This document shows positions 25,118 through 39,647 of a DNA stretch of 64,000 bases, one piece after another; position 1 is the stretch's first letter, and the number at the start of each line of letters is the position of its first letter. This DNA is from Utricularia gibba (taxonomy: Eukaryota > Plantae > Magnoliophyta). The notes under the pieces are model-generated. The model was not told the origin of the DNA, searched no databases, and was given only the letters and a program-made list of their open reading frames with translations. The position numbers and the translations under genes are program-made. The DNA lies in assembly GCA_002189035.1 (NCBI GenBank), contig NEEC01000008.1, positions 2,356,001-2,420,000 of the forward strand, in the 5' to 3' direction.

Positions 25118-28100
25118 TCATATACTTTGCAACTGCGAGAAGGAGATGCGAATGATGGAACCATTTAGAGATGTAGCATGCTTGCAAACAAGAGCTTCTG
25201 TGGCTTCTTCTTCCTTCTCGAAGAGGACTAGAGCTTGCTTCTTCCCATTTGTCTCAAAGAGTTTTGTATTGACAATGGTTCCATGCCCTTCCAGGTGAAC
25301 CAGTATCTCTTCCTCAGTCACATCATGGGGTAGGGTGGAGATGTGAATCATTTTTGTGGGTGAACAGCAGTACCGATAATTTTTTGCAGCATTTCTATTG
25401 AAACGGTTGAGGTTCGAATTGGAGTATTCATGGGTGTCGACACCAGTTGTTATGCTTGGATGCTTTGAAAAATTCACCTCCAAGCGTTTTCCAAACAGAA
25501 TGGCACCCTATAACAGATACAACAGCAACAGAGATAAACAGAATTCACAAGTTGAATGAGAATACAGTACCCAGCCAACCACGGGGAGTAAGCATAAGAG
25601 AGGACACAAAGAACCTTTAAGAAATGAACAGCCAATTCGGCTTGGAAACCATCGCCCATCTGAACCAATGCATGATCATGCTTGTTCCGAAGAAGTTTGA
25701 TTCTCATAATGTTCCCATACAAGGAGAACAAATTGAAAAGCTTATCCTCATCAACTCTCTGGATCATAAGGTACATTGATAAACAATATAAGAATCATAG
25801 AGCAGGTGTGCACCATTTTCAATGACAGAAGAAAAGAGAGTGCTGGAAATTTTAATTCTAGCCATAGTGAAACAGCATCAGTACGGAGAGAGGGGGTAGG
25901 AGGGAATGTTAATATATCATGGAAAGTAGAAACATACTTCTGAATTAAGATTAGATACAATGACCGTGCACCGATCATTTGTGCCACTAACACCAGCCGG
26001 AAAACCTCCACCAAAGGCGGATGCTATGGCAGCAGCATTTCCCATCTGCTATAAAGCATTAATTGGATAAATAAGTTTCGAAGCAGGTCCATTTAACTAA
26101 CCAAATCAGTTAGGGCATCAACATACATGTAACAAGACTGAACATTATCTAACAACATGGAATCATTAGGACAAGACTAGGATATATGAAAAAATCGACA
26201 TTTTGTTATCAAATAGAAAAAAAAAACATGAATTCCAAGATAAAACTATAAGGAGATACGATTTAAAAATGCAAGGGCAAACATTAGATGAAAGGAAAAC
26301 GCTAAACATTTAAATGAGTGTGGAGGGAATTTTAAATCTGCAAGATAAGGAGCACAATACATACCTGAGGAAATCCAACTGATTGTAAAAGATGCAGGGT
26401 GAGGTGGACAGGGCAGAAAAGAAGTCAGAATGCAGAAAAAGAAAAAACAAAGGTGAAGAAAATTAGAATTACATTTGAAACTATTTCCGCACCTGCACCC
26501 GCCTGAGCATACATGTGTCCATCACCATACATGGGCTAAAGCAACAGGAATCCAAATAGTGGTTAGATATACAAAAAAAAAAAAAATATATATATATATA
26601 TATATAAACGGAATCTATATGCACCATAAATTCAATTACTTGAGAGGACTTCCCCTTTTGCTCTGAAGTTAAGGAAGGGTTTGTAAAATCTCTGTGCCAT
26701 TTTGAAGTAGATTTTCAAGTTTAGCAATACATAAATTAATAAATATTCAAAGTCCTTTTTCAATTTTATTCTTACCTTGAACGCTCATTATTGTAGTTCA
26801 CCTGCAATTCATCAAGGCTTGACGGAAGAGAGCAGATAAGTTGACGTAAGTATAATAAAGTTTGAAAACTCAATTTGAAAACTGAACAAGCCACCGATGA
26901 TCCAAAACTCACTTTGAAAACTGAATATCTAGCTGACAGCAACCATCATAAATATTCCGTCCCTACAAAAGTGTTAAATTTTACGAACTCTCAATCAAGG
27001 CAAGCTTCAAATCCATTTAGCTCTCCAACAGCCAGCATACCTGAAGGGCATTTCTTGCAGATATAGCATTCTGGTGTGACCGATACTGAACAAGAGCTTG
27101 AAAACCTGCAAATGCAGCATCCCAGCTCTTAATTGCAGGAAACGAAGTTTTAAAAAAGCCATAGGAAAGGATCATGATTGTAAAGGCATTTGCAATTTGG
27201 AAAGTGGGTCATGCAGATTTTTTTTTAACAATCGGAAAAATTGGTCAGACAGTGTTCCAACTTCAGATTCTTAAAAAATAATAGGGAAAAAGCTAAGGAT
27301 CTGACCAGCAGACTTCTGAAATGTGACGATCTTCTCTACATATCCATGAGGAGAAAATACTTGATGCAGCACATCAACAGTTATAGGATAGAGCACATGG
27401 TGTATTGTAACTAAGAGGATTCTATTTGGCTGGACATCCAGGGGGATCAGAATCAGATAAGCACAATGGTGTCCAGTGCATAATGTAACAAAAGCAAATC
27501 AGCACAGAAGAAGAAAATTAAAAGGGAGAAAATTGAATAGAAGGCGAACATGAGCAAACAGAAAACGAAAAAGGTACAGCAAGCAGTTCACAATGAAACA
27601 TGTGAGTTACGAAAAGAGTAAAACCCAATGCAAAGCCCAATATATAATCAAACTGCAGGAATCAAAACGAGAAGAACAGCTCATAGATTAGTTTTATTTA
27701 ATCTCTACATCTGGATGAATTACCCATGGACATATAAGTAGCAATGTTATGGCTCTGCTAGGTTATTTATACCAGCTATACCCAAGAGAATTACCATTTT
27801 CATAAAACACCAATAGCATCATGATGAATTGGCACACAGGCATGCGTGAAACCACTCCTGCCACTGAAAATAAAAATTCAATATGGTGCACAATGCTCAC
27901 CTCTTCTCCTCGCGCTTGTGAGTTCTGATCCATGATTGTTAGTTCTTGGTGCGATGAAAATTGAGCATATACGTTCCTGCCCCTGAAGGGAGATGGGGTC
28001 CAAGTAAGAATACAGGCCATTCCAAAATTAGAATAACCAACACAGAATTGAAGGTAGAGTATACCCGTACATACCTTACACTTGGTTGCACACGACTGTA

Positions 28101-28769
28101 AAATTGCAGTGCATTCACTGCTGAAGGGACATCTTGCATTTGGAGGAGGGCCTACAATGTTTACTTGTGCAAAGCCGTCAGAGGACTGTTTACTTCTGGT
28201 AAAAGCATAGTACATCAAGAAGTTTGTAAAGAGATAGACCTGGTTTTTCGCCCTAAGCATCACAAGTTTATCGACAACTCCGAACGGTTGGAACAGCTGG
28301 AGCAAGTCATTCTGGAAAAGGCATAGAATAATATTACAGCAAGGCTATGGGTAAGAACTAAACAAGACAACCAACGGCCAAATCGTAACCTGCTCAAATA
28401 TCAAGACTTGTGGATTCAACAATGTAAATTCACCACCATTTTTTTTTTTTTGAGAGATAAGCTTTAAAGCAAAAAGGTAAAGGGGCAACAGGAGATAACG
28501 ATTATCGTCAGATGTGCGCACATATGCAATAACGGGCAGCTTAAGACACTAAAAAACACCCCCAGAGAATCTAATGTTGATAGCACCTGGCCATCGTCTT
28601 GAAGTGCATCTACACTGACTCAGTTCATAAATACTAAAGGCGAGATTTTTTCGTTAAAGCACTGCTTGCCGAACTTGGTAACACTATCATTTCAGAAATG
28701 AAAGTCATATACCTCGGAAATCTCATGACCAACATTGCGAACGTGAATGACTTTCGAAGGCTCGGCCAT
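25118..28769 (-). CDS. PTB3: Polypyrimidine tract-binding protein homolog 3 (multi-RRM)
   Basis: Starts MAEPSKVIHVRNVGHEISE (28769-28713). Further phase-consistent exons include GRNVYAQFSSHQEL, PNRILLVTIHH, GRNIYDGCCQLDIQFS, a 14-nt exon at 26378-26365, DEDKLFNLFSLYGNI, and the terminal IIRISFSQLQSI*. Confidence 0.95.
26573..26606. repeat. Poly-A followed by (AT)n microsatellite in a PTB3 intron
   Basis: Seen directly in the sequence. Confidence 0.9.
28587..28633 (-). other. Candidate PTC-containing cassette (poison) exon in PTB3 intron 1
   Basis: 47-nt segment bounded by cctttag| and CAG|gtgcta. Upstream intron would be 79 nt with a branch-point-like TTTAAC. Reads TAT TTA TGA in frame with exon 1. 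Confidence 0.55.
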
Positions 28770-30445
28770 TATCCTTTAAACTGAAACCAAACAGCACGAC
28801 GGCAATCACAAACAAAATTGGTGTCAAAAATTCAATAAAGAAAGCCCCAAAAGTAAATCCCAAAAATTTTATAAAGACGGTCGCCATCTCTCACCAAATA
28901 GAATCCAAGGTTTAAAACATCAGAAGAAGCATAATTAGCTTTCCCACACTCCTGCAAAAATACCGCACAATCCCAATCAATGTCATTTGAAGAAAGCAAC
29001 ACCTCCAGGCGCAGAAAGTAAATATGAATGTTCAGAGAAGTGGCAAACACCAATAGCATGCAGTTGAAACTTGAAAAAGCGATTAGTACACGGTTTACCA
29101 ACGCTCTTTAACATCATCAACAGTTTCTTCAGAATCACTACAATTACCCCAGAAACAGAGAAGAGCAGAGAACAGGGAGAAGGCAAGTCAGCAACCAGCA
29201 CAAAAAAAATTGATCGGTGCGGAGGCAGCAGGGGTGGGTTAGGTTTTCACAAAAAAAGGGCCTGCATGTTCGCTGTTATACCCTCGGGCAATCATCTCCG
29301 CGGTGGCAAATGGAGGGGTGTTTCTGGAATTGCAGATAGAGAAATTAGGTTTATTTATGCAGTGCAAGACAACTTATGAAACAACTACTTGATCTTATCC
29401 GAGCAGGTTGCCGCGGCGGCGGGTTCTGGCAGGAGGCGACGGTGCAGCCATTTTGACGGTGGAGGCTCCGCATTTGATTCTTTTATGCCCCCTACCTGCT
29501 TCTACTGTGATGAGGGCTGCTCGCTGCCGGAGTTTTCTCGATGATAGCCTAGCGAGCTGTTCTCTTTAAAAAAGCTTTTTTTTCGCGTATTCTCTTTAGG
29601 TGCATTCATCTTCTCGAAGTGGGCATCTTTTCCTTGCTCAAGATTTTTCCTTTGCGTAGTTGTCACCCTCTTTTGAATGATTTAGATGGAGTTTTGCTTG
29701 TATCATTCATATGTGTTTCAGTTCTAGTTCTTGCGGTTCCCTCCCATGTAGATTGTTTCACACTGGTATGCGTATGCCTGTAATTGTGTTATGTGTGTGA
29801 AAAAAAACCATGGAGCAAAGTATAAAAAAATTAATGTCATTTAATTATAATTATTCGCATATAATAATCACGTAATTGAAAAAAGAAATTGTATACATTT
29901 ATTCTTTTAAAAGTAAAAAAAAAGGAATTATATATTATAACCTAAATATATTTAGTAGGTTGATTGTGGTTAAGTTACAAAGCTAATGAACATATTTAAT
30001 TTCTAAACCAATCATCATCAGCCACGTTGGCAATTGGAGCACGTGATGATTTTAAACGGATTTCGTACCTTTTTATTTTTTTTTCTTTCATTTAATCGAG
30101 GGGGAAAAGATTTATTGCCATCTGTTCAGAATCCAAGGAATGGCGATCTCGATTCATTCCTACGAAGGAGATTAATGGTTCGGGTAGGCGTCTCCGATCT
30201 TTGGGGGTAGACATGTCTGAATGCAAGGCATATGTCTCTTGCTGTCGATCTCATTTACAACAAATTGGGATGAAACTTCATCCGTGATGGGAAGTATTTG
30301 GATGTGGCTGTTGTAATACAGAGGAGACCTGGCAGGCCTGCAAGTGTTTCCATTTCTTTTTGTGATTTATGTAAAGAAAAGATGGCATTTTTTACATGAT
30401 TTTTATCTGTTGAATGATCGTAGGTAGCTTTATATCTCCTTCAAG

Positions 30446-32286
30446 ATGAACTCGCCTGCAGAAGATAATGATATGACGCCACAGAAACTCCACGAGGATA
30501 AGCAAGCAGGGGCCTTATTCCATTGTGGGCTTTATGATGCTGTCGTGGTTAACAAAATAGCTGAAGAATTCCTACCGGGTTTGGCTTCAGCATGCGTTGA
30601 TAACACCACTGGTGGATTATTCAGAAGCCCTGCTTCTGTGGCTGTTGACGTACGAAAAGAAATGATAGTTTATCTTACCCAGAGAAGCGAGAGTTTTATT
30701 GCGGAGTCTGTTGTACTTGATGGTGGATTAAGTGGGCATATTTCTGATGATCCTTATGAGATTATATCAGATTTTGTTGATGACTTTGCTAGGTCAAAAA
30801 GGAACTTTTTTAGCAAGGTTTCAGGATGGCTGTTGAGTGATAGAAGAGAAGATAGGATAGATGATTTTGTGCAGGAGATGGAGATGACTGGTTTTTGGCT
30901 ACTAAGTAGGAGGGAGTCTGTAGCTCAAACGCTCCTGAAGAATGTTGATTTCAAAAGATTGTACCACTGCACAGTGAGCTTTAGGTCTTCTGAAGAGATG
31001 GAAGAGCATAAGACGAATTGTGGCTTTCGGACCATGACTTGTACAAATGAGGGATGCAATGCTACATTCAGTGCAGCTCAGAGTGTGAACCATGACTCCA
31101 TCTGCCCTTTCAAGATTCTTCAGTGTGAGCAGAACTGTGAGTCCTTTATAATGAGACGTGAGATGGATAGGCATTGCATAACCGTGTGTCCAATGAAGCT
31201 TGTGAAGTGCCCTTTCCATTCAGTAGGGTGCAGCAGCTCCATTCCGAAATGCAGGATCGATCAGCACCGCTCTGAAGATCTCAACTCTCACTTGATTCTT
31301 GTTTTACAGTATTTTCACAAGGATGTCTCACTTGAAGACCTTCATGTTAGGCTAGAGGAACTGTTTGAGGTAGCATTTCATCATCGACATTGTTATGTGC
31401 TAGAAGCCATACTGCTTTTTTTGCATTAAATCAGAAGCAACCTGAGGATTTGAGATTGAATCACTTCTCTCTTCATAGTATGTGATTATTTGTTTGTTCA
31501 CTTGTGAAACTAACCTGGAATCTCTTTATTTGCTGTTGCAGTTGTCCTCTCCTGGGAAGTTAGCAGCAGCTCGTGATGCAAGATCGTTTAATGTCTGCAG
31601 TTAAAGGTCTTGAAGCCAGGCTTGGACCTTTGAAAGTGAAGATTATTGAAAGCAAAGACGATGAGACAGATGATCCAGTAGATGCAAAGGAAGGCAGCTC
31701 CATCGCTGATGGTACTCCTCAAGAATCTCCAAAAGAAGCAGAGACGGAGATGGCCAATGGACCACAAGAACCTGTTGATAACACGCTCTGTAAGCAAGAA
31801 ACCACAGAAGAATCATCAAGTGAAAAGGAAAAGGCAAGTACAGAGAACAAAGAAGTGGAAATAACGAAATCACCACAGTTGGAGGGGACCCGAGATTCAG
31901 TAGATGCAAAGGAAGATAGAGCCATTCCTGATTTCAGTCCTCCAAAAGAAGCAAAGATGGAGATGGCCAATGCAGCAGCAGGTTCCAGTGATGTACCAAT
32001 CTCAGCAAGCCTTGGTAGCACGCTGTCTGTGCAACAAACATCGGAAGAATCATCAAGTGAAAAAGAAAATGGAAGCAAGGAGAACAAAGATGAAGGGGAA
32101 TCACTGCAGGTAGAAGAGAACCAAGTTACTAAAGTTGGAGACATGTATACGGAAAAGAGCAAATACCCTGAAGAAAAACATGCTTCTAGTGTTGTGGAGA
32201 CGGAAGGCTCAGAGAGTTCATCAGGAGGAGAAGCTGGAAGTGATGGTGAAAATGTTACTTCGACAGAGACCACTAAAACTGAGTAA
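30446..32286 (+). CDS. TRAF-type zinc-finger protein with acidic low-complexity tail (At3g11950-like)
   Basis: Exons 30446-31369 and 31542-32286. LASACVDNTTGGLFRSPASVAVD, CPFKILQCEQNC, RHCITVCPMKLVKCPFHSVGC zinc-finger motifs. Confidence 0.9.
31678..32130 (+). repeat. Internal in-frame tandem duplication (222-bp period) in the TRAF protein tail
   Basis: GTAGATGCAAAGGAAG at 31678 and 31900. Shared CCAAAAGAAGCA..GAGATGGCCAATG and GAAGAATCATCAAGTGAAAA blocks, giving VDAKE..PKEA..EMAN..EESSSEKE twice. Confidence 0.85.
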
Positions 32287-32546
32287 CTGATTCATAGCTC
32301 TCTAATACTTGGAGGCTGGAGATCAGCGGAGCAGCAGCACTTGGTGAGGAGACTACCATCCACATCAAGCAACATTTTGAAGTCCAGGATCATCCATGGT
32401 GATTTTGGATAATAAAGTAGTGCATTTTTTTATTGAGAAAAACAGCTCGTTTTTTCAGTAGCATTTCTTCAACCTCAGTAATTTTTTTCCTGTAAAAATA
32501 AATATAATATCCAAATTTTTTTCGATGTTGGTATTGGACCTTCTTA

Positions 32547-32616
32547 GGCCCATCTCTGGATAGCATGTTGATTTTCAGTACCCGCGACAAAAGCCCATTG
32601 ATTTCAGTAGGGTTTT
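32547..32616. promoter_or_regulatory. Site II elements + telo-box upstream of RPS5
   Basis: GGCCCA (32547) and AGCCCA (32592) are TGGGCY on the minus strand. TAGGGTTTT (32608-32616) is a telo-box, about 70 nt upstream of the ATG. This is the established module in plant ribosomal-protein promoters. Confidence 0.7.
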
Positions 32617-32683
32617 GAGGCGATCTTTACCGCTGATATCCGGAATCAGCTCGTTGGAACGCGTAAGCTGAATCTGTCGCAGA

Positions 32684-33791
<1,108 letters not shown>

Positions 33792-36148
33792 AATGGTGAA
33801 GCTTTCAGCACTTTCCTTGACAGAAACTCTGTTCCGGAAGCGCTACATGTACTGGCTGCGTTCTTTTTCCGGGAATTTTCTTCATGGAATGTAATGCATT
33901 ACTGATAATGGAGGAAGCCTCTGTGCCCGTGTCACTCGGATCCGGTTGAACCGGGAGAACAAGATATTTGTTTTTTTTATTTAAACCTAAATACAAATTA
34001 TAGTGTTACATGATAATGAAGTAATTAATGTAGGCGTGCGGAGTGCCGACTACCTGCCACCAACCTTGATGCAATTTCATCACGCCATACCACCTATCGT
34101 TACTATGGACCTCTCAAAGTTCTATCTTCAATAATCTTAATCAATCTCTAATATTTTGATTGAATGTAAGAAGATATAATCTTTTTAAAACCGTTTGGAA
34201 CGTTGATATAATAATACGTCACGTGTGGATGCTATTTGAAATCAAATGCATTCTAAAAGTTTAAAACAAATAACTATTAAAAAAATACAATTTATGGCTT
34301 ACCAAAGTGCAATAAATCAATATATTTGATAGCATAAACTATTATGAGTGAATAATTAATCAATAAACTATTCTATACGATTATATAAGATAGGTATTTA
34401 TTTAAATCGTATAAACAATAATTAAGTATACTTAATTATTTTATTTTCAAAAAAAGAGTGGTCTGGATTCAATGTCGACTATAATCCAGTAGATTATTCA
34501 AATCATGCACATTCTCTAGACGTTAAAATCGAAACACTTGGTTGAAGTAAATGTTGTGGGTGTTGGGTCGTGTTGTCATGTCGGCAAGTTGAGCACGTGA
34601 CATGGCCCTTTCTTTCTTTCTTTCTTCCTTCCTCATCTAAATCAGGACTCCGATGCCCTTTCCAGATGTAGTAACCAACTAATTACACTTTGCAGTTGGG
34701 GCTCCAAAACCAAGTGCAGAATATGATGAAATGAAGAAGAGTGAACCCTAAATTGAATGCGACTAATCCAAACCCTACACAGACTACTGTATTGTAATGC
34801 ATTGTAGGTTCATGATTCCATATTTTAAATAAGTTTTGTAGGAGGTTAATGGAAGAGTAGTGGTGGTCCCACCCCTCACCAACATCAATTGCCATAAGTT
34901 TTACCCCCGGCCCCTAAACATACATCATCATCATTCTCTACAACCATCATGATTATTATTATATTAATTCTTGAAATGAAATTAGTATTTTTTTCCTTGC
35001 CTGAAGTAACATCTGTTACGGTCTTGAAATTCCCCATGGAAAAGCGAGAGATTTTGGGTGTTTCAAAACCCTAAAACCCGAGTGAGGAGGCGTGTACGGC
35101 AGGACGGGCAACATTTATTAAGTATAGGGATAGGGCACCTGTCATGATCATCATCACCGGCGTCGCCGTCGTGGTCGTGCCCGCCCTCCTACACCTGCCT
35201 TGTGGTGGTGGAGGAGGAGAGAGGAATTGTGGGCCACACAAAATAGATGACGCTTATTCGTCTTCCTTCACCAATGGACCACCACCACCACATCATCTTA
35301 CAAATCCACTCACCTTTAGTTTACTATGTTTTGTGTTTTCAAGATATGTAGAATAGAATCAGTTTTAAGACTATAATTGTTTTTTTAAAATATCAAAGCC
35401 ATTACAATTGTTGTTTCAGCAATAGTTTCTAGGGTTTCACTAAAAAAAAACATTCATGCATTGCACGTCCAGAAAAAAAAAAAAAAAAACCGGAATTTGG
35501 GGTCGCCTGTGGGCCCCCTCCGCCCCCGATAAGAGACCCGACTCGTGAGGGTGGAGGCCCCACCGGACGCGTTTACGGTTCAAATTGCCTGCTTTGGACC
35601 CACCGGTTTAAAGAAGGTGCATAATAAATGACGCCCATTATGTGGATGGATGGGGGGGGGGGGTATGGGTATGGCTCCCAAAATTTAACTAAAAATTCTT
35701 TTTTTTCTTTAAAAAAAAATAAGCAAAAAAGATCCAGAATTTGTTGTGAACGCCAATAGCTTTAGAAAATGCCAGAATCATTGAATTTTTGCTGTGGTAT
35801 TGAAGGTGCTGTTTTTGGGTAACAACCGACAGCACAAACTATGGGGAAGTAGGAGGCTCATGTGTGTTGTGTTTTAGACATGGAAAAGGTGACCCTGGTG
35901 CTTTTTTTCTTGTGGCTTTACAGTTCAACTCTCAAGTCCTGAGTTGCTTACAGTCACCTTCCACAGCAACGTCATCTCCGAATCCTCTTCCTCCTCTCAG
36001 TTTCAGACAGCCCTCTCCCTCCAACCCACCTCTTCTCTCTAGCTGGCGCCTGGGGAGGGATTTGTTTCGTTCATTTTTCTGGTTTGTGGTGTGGAAACTG
36101 CTGCCTGCAGTGGGGTGTCCTGGGTCTGGCCACCTGCCTTGTCGGCAC

Positions 36149-38040
36149 ATGGCAGATGCCGCCAAGTTTGCCCGCACTTTCATCGCCGACCTCGTCGCCT
36201 ATCGTTTCAGAGGTACATCGAAGAGACGTACTTTTCTGTACGCTTTCCTATTGGTGTTCGTCGTCTTCACCTTCCTCGTTGCGTTCTTCCCGTCTTCTTC
36301 TGCTGCTTCTTCTTCTTCTCCCTGGTTCACGAATATTTTCTCCCTTGCTACACCGACCCCTGGTGACCCTTACCGATCCCACTTTTCTTCCATTTACGCC
36401 TTTTTCTTCCCACCTGAAGATTCCGCAAACTTCACCGACACCAATACTACTCATCCGCAGAATGTTTCCGTCGGTGGTGTCACCGTGAACAATCAAACCC
36501 CCTTGAATTCCACATCCCCTGTTTCTCAGTCGCAAAATGCTACGGTTTCTACCAATCCCAGTGTCGGAAAAGCAAACCCGATTGATGACAAGAAGACTTT
36601 TTTGAACCCGAAACCCGACAATAGCAGTAGTAGCAGCAGCAAGGTGGGAGGAGGAGACGGAAGAGAGACTGATGCAACAGTGATAAACAGTTTGAGAAAG
36701 TGTAATATGTTCGATGGAAGTTGGGTGAGAGATGAATCATACCCTCTGTACAAGCCCGGTTCTTGCAAACTTATAGATGAGCAATTCAACTGTTTCCTCA
36801 ACGGCAGGCAGGATAATGGATACTACAAGCTCAAATGGCAGCCCAAGGGCTGCACTCTTCCAAGGTCCCGTGTTCTTTTTTCATAAGGTTTCTTCTTACT
36901 ATCATTCAGACAAACAATACGAATCGATTTCAGATTGGATGCAACGAATATGCTGGAGATGTTGAGGGGAAAAAGACTGGTTTTTGTGGGCGATTCCTTG
37001 AACAGGAACATGTGGGAATCTCTTATCTGCATCCTGAAGAGCGCTGTGAAGGATGAAAAGAAAGTATATGAAGAATTCGGGAGGCACCACTTCAGATCAG
37101 AAGCTTGGTACTCTTTTGTGTTTGAAGTAAGTTGCTGTTTCCTCATCCTGGTTCGGTTTTGGTTTCTTCTCATCACAGTGTTGCTTCATCATTTCTCATC
37201 AGGACTACAAATGCACAGTGGAGCTCTTCGTGTCCCCCTTCTTGGTTGAAGAATGGGTGGTGACCGAGAAGAATGGAACCAAGAAGGAAACACTGAGACT
37301 GGATATGGTGAGCAAGTCTGCTGATAGCTATAAAACAGCAGACATCATCGTTTTCAACACAGGCCATTGGTGGACTCATGAGAAAACCTCATTAGGGTGC
37401 GTACCCCATTTACACCAAATTCCATTGATTCGAACACAGCTTCAAGAATGGACATGATCATATATGGGAATGTGGTTCAGGAAGGACTACTACCAGGAGG
37501 GTAGCCATGTCTACAAGGAGCTGAACGTTTTAGAAGCATTCAGGAAAGCCTTGACTCATTGGGGACGATGGGTAGATGCCAACATCGATCCCATCAAATC
37601 TCTGGTCTTCTTCAGAGGCTACTCAGCCTCCCACTTCAGGTAAGCGATCCAGTCCATGTTTGCACACGAGGGTGATGGATGACTTATGGATCTCGGATGC
37701 AGCGGCGGGCAGTGGAACTCCGGCGGGCAGTGCGACCACGAAACAGGGCCGATAACGAACACCACGTATCTGTCTCCATATCCATCTAAAATGGCTGTAC
37801 TGGAGAAGGTGCTGAGAGGAATGAGGACCCCTGTGACGTATCTGAACGTCACGAGGATGACGGATTTCCGAAAGGACGGACAAAAGGAAACAAAAGATGT
37901 CCGAACAGGAGAGGAAGTCGCCGCTCAGTTTCCAGGACTGCAGCCATTGGTGCCTACCAGGAGTCCCTGATTCCTGGAACGAGATACTTTATTCACAGCT
38001 CCTGGTGAAGCTCAAACCACACCCACAGACACAGACTTGA
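36149..38040 (+). CDS. TBL: TRICHOME BIREFRINGENCE-like O-acetyltransferase (TBR/TBL1 clade), frameshifted near the 3' end as assembled
   Basis: Exons 36149-36864, 36934-37126, 37203-37396, 37481-37639 and 37703-38040. N-terminal [14 protein letters not shown] motif ([14 protein letters not shown]), FNTGHWW. The [12 protein letters not shown] motif is present only in a shifted frame after a lesion at ~37881-37884. Confidence 0.88.
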
Positions 38041-38273
38041 GCCCCAAGGAAGAATAACAACTCCGCAACTGCACAGAAATCAATATGTGTACACACAAAA
38101 AGCAAAAAATTACAGTGTTTGTCACAGGAGACTCTGCAAGTCTTCGGTTGCTTTTGTTTTATAGTAAAGCGTCCAATAATTGCCACCACACACACAATCT
38201 CTCTCTGCATCAATACATCACACCTTCAACTTCAAGTCTTCTGCATGATACCTCCTCCTCCAGTTCTGGCGCT

Positions 38274-39647
<1,374 letters not shown>

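Noticed and set aside
29506-29600. GTGATGA C-box suggesting a C/D snoRNA
   Set aside because: No CTGA D-box at a suitable distance and no terminal stem. The same applies to the ATGATGA motifs near 34722 and 52967.
34575-34601. GGCAAGTTG resembling miR169-star
   Set aside because: Only 9 nt match, and there is no miR169 mature arm or adequate hairpin.
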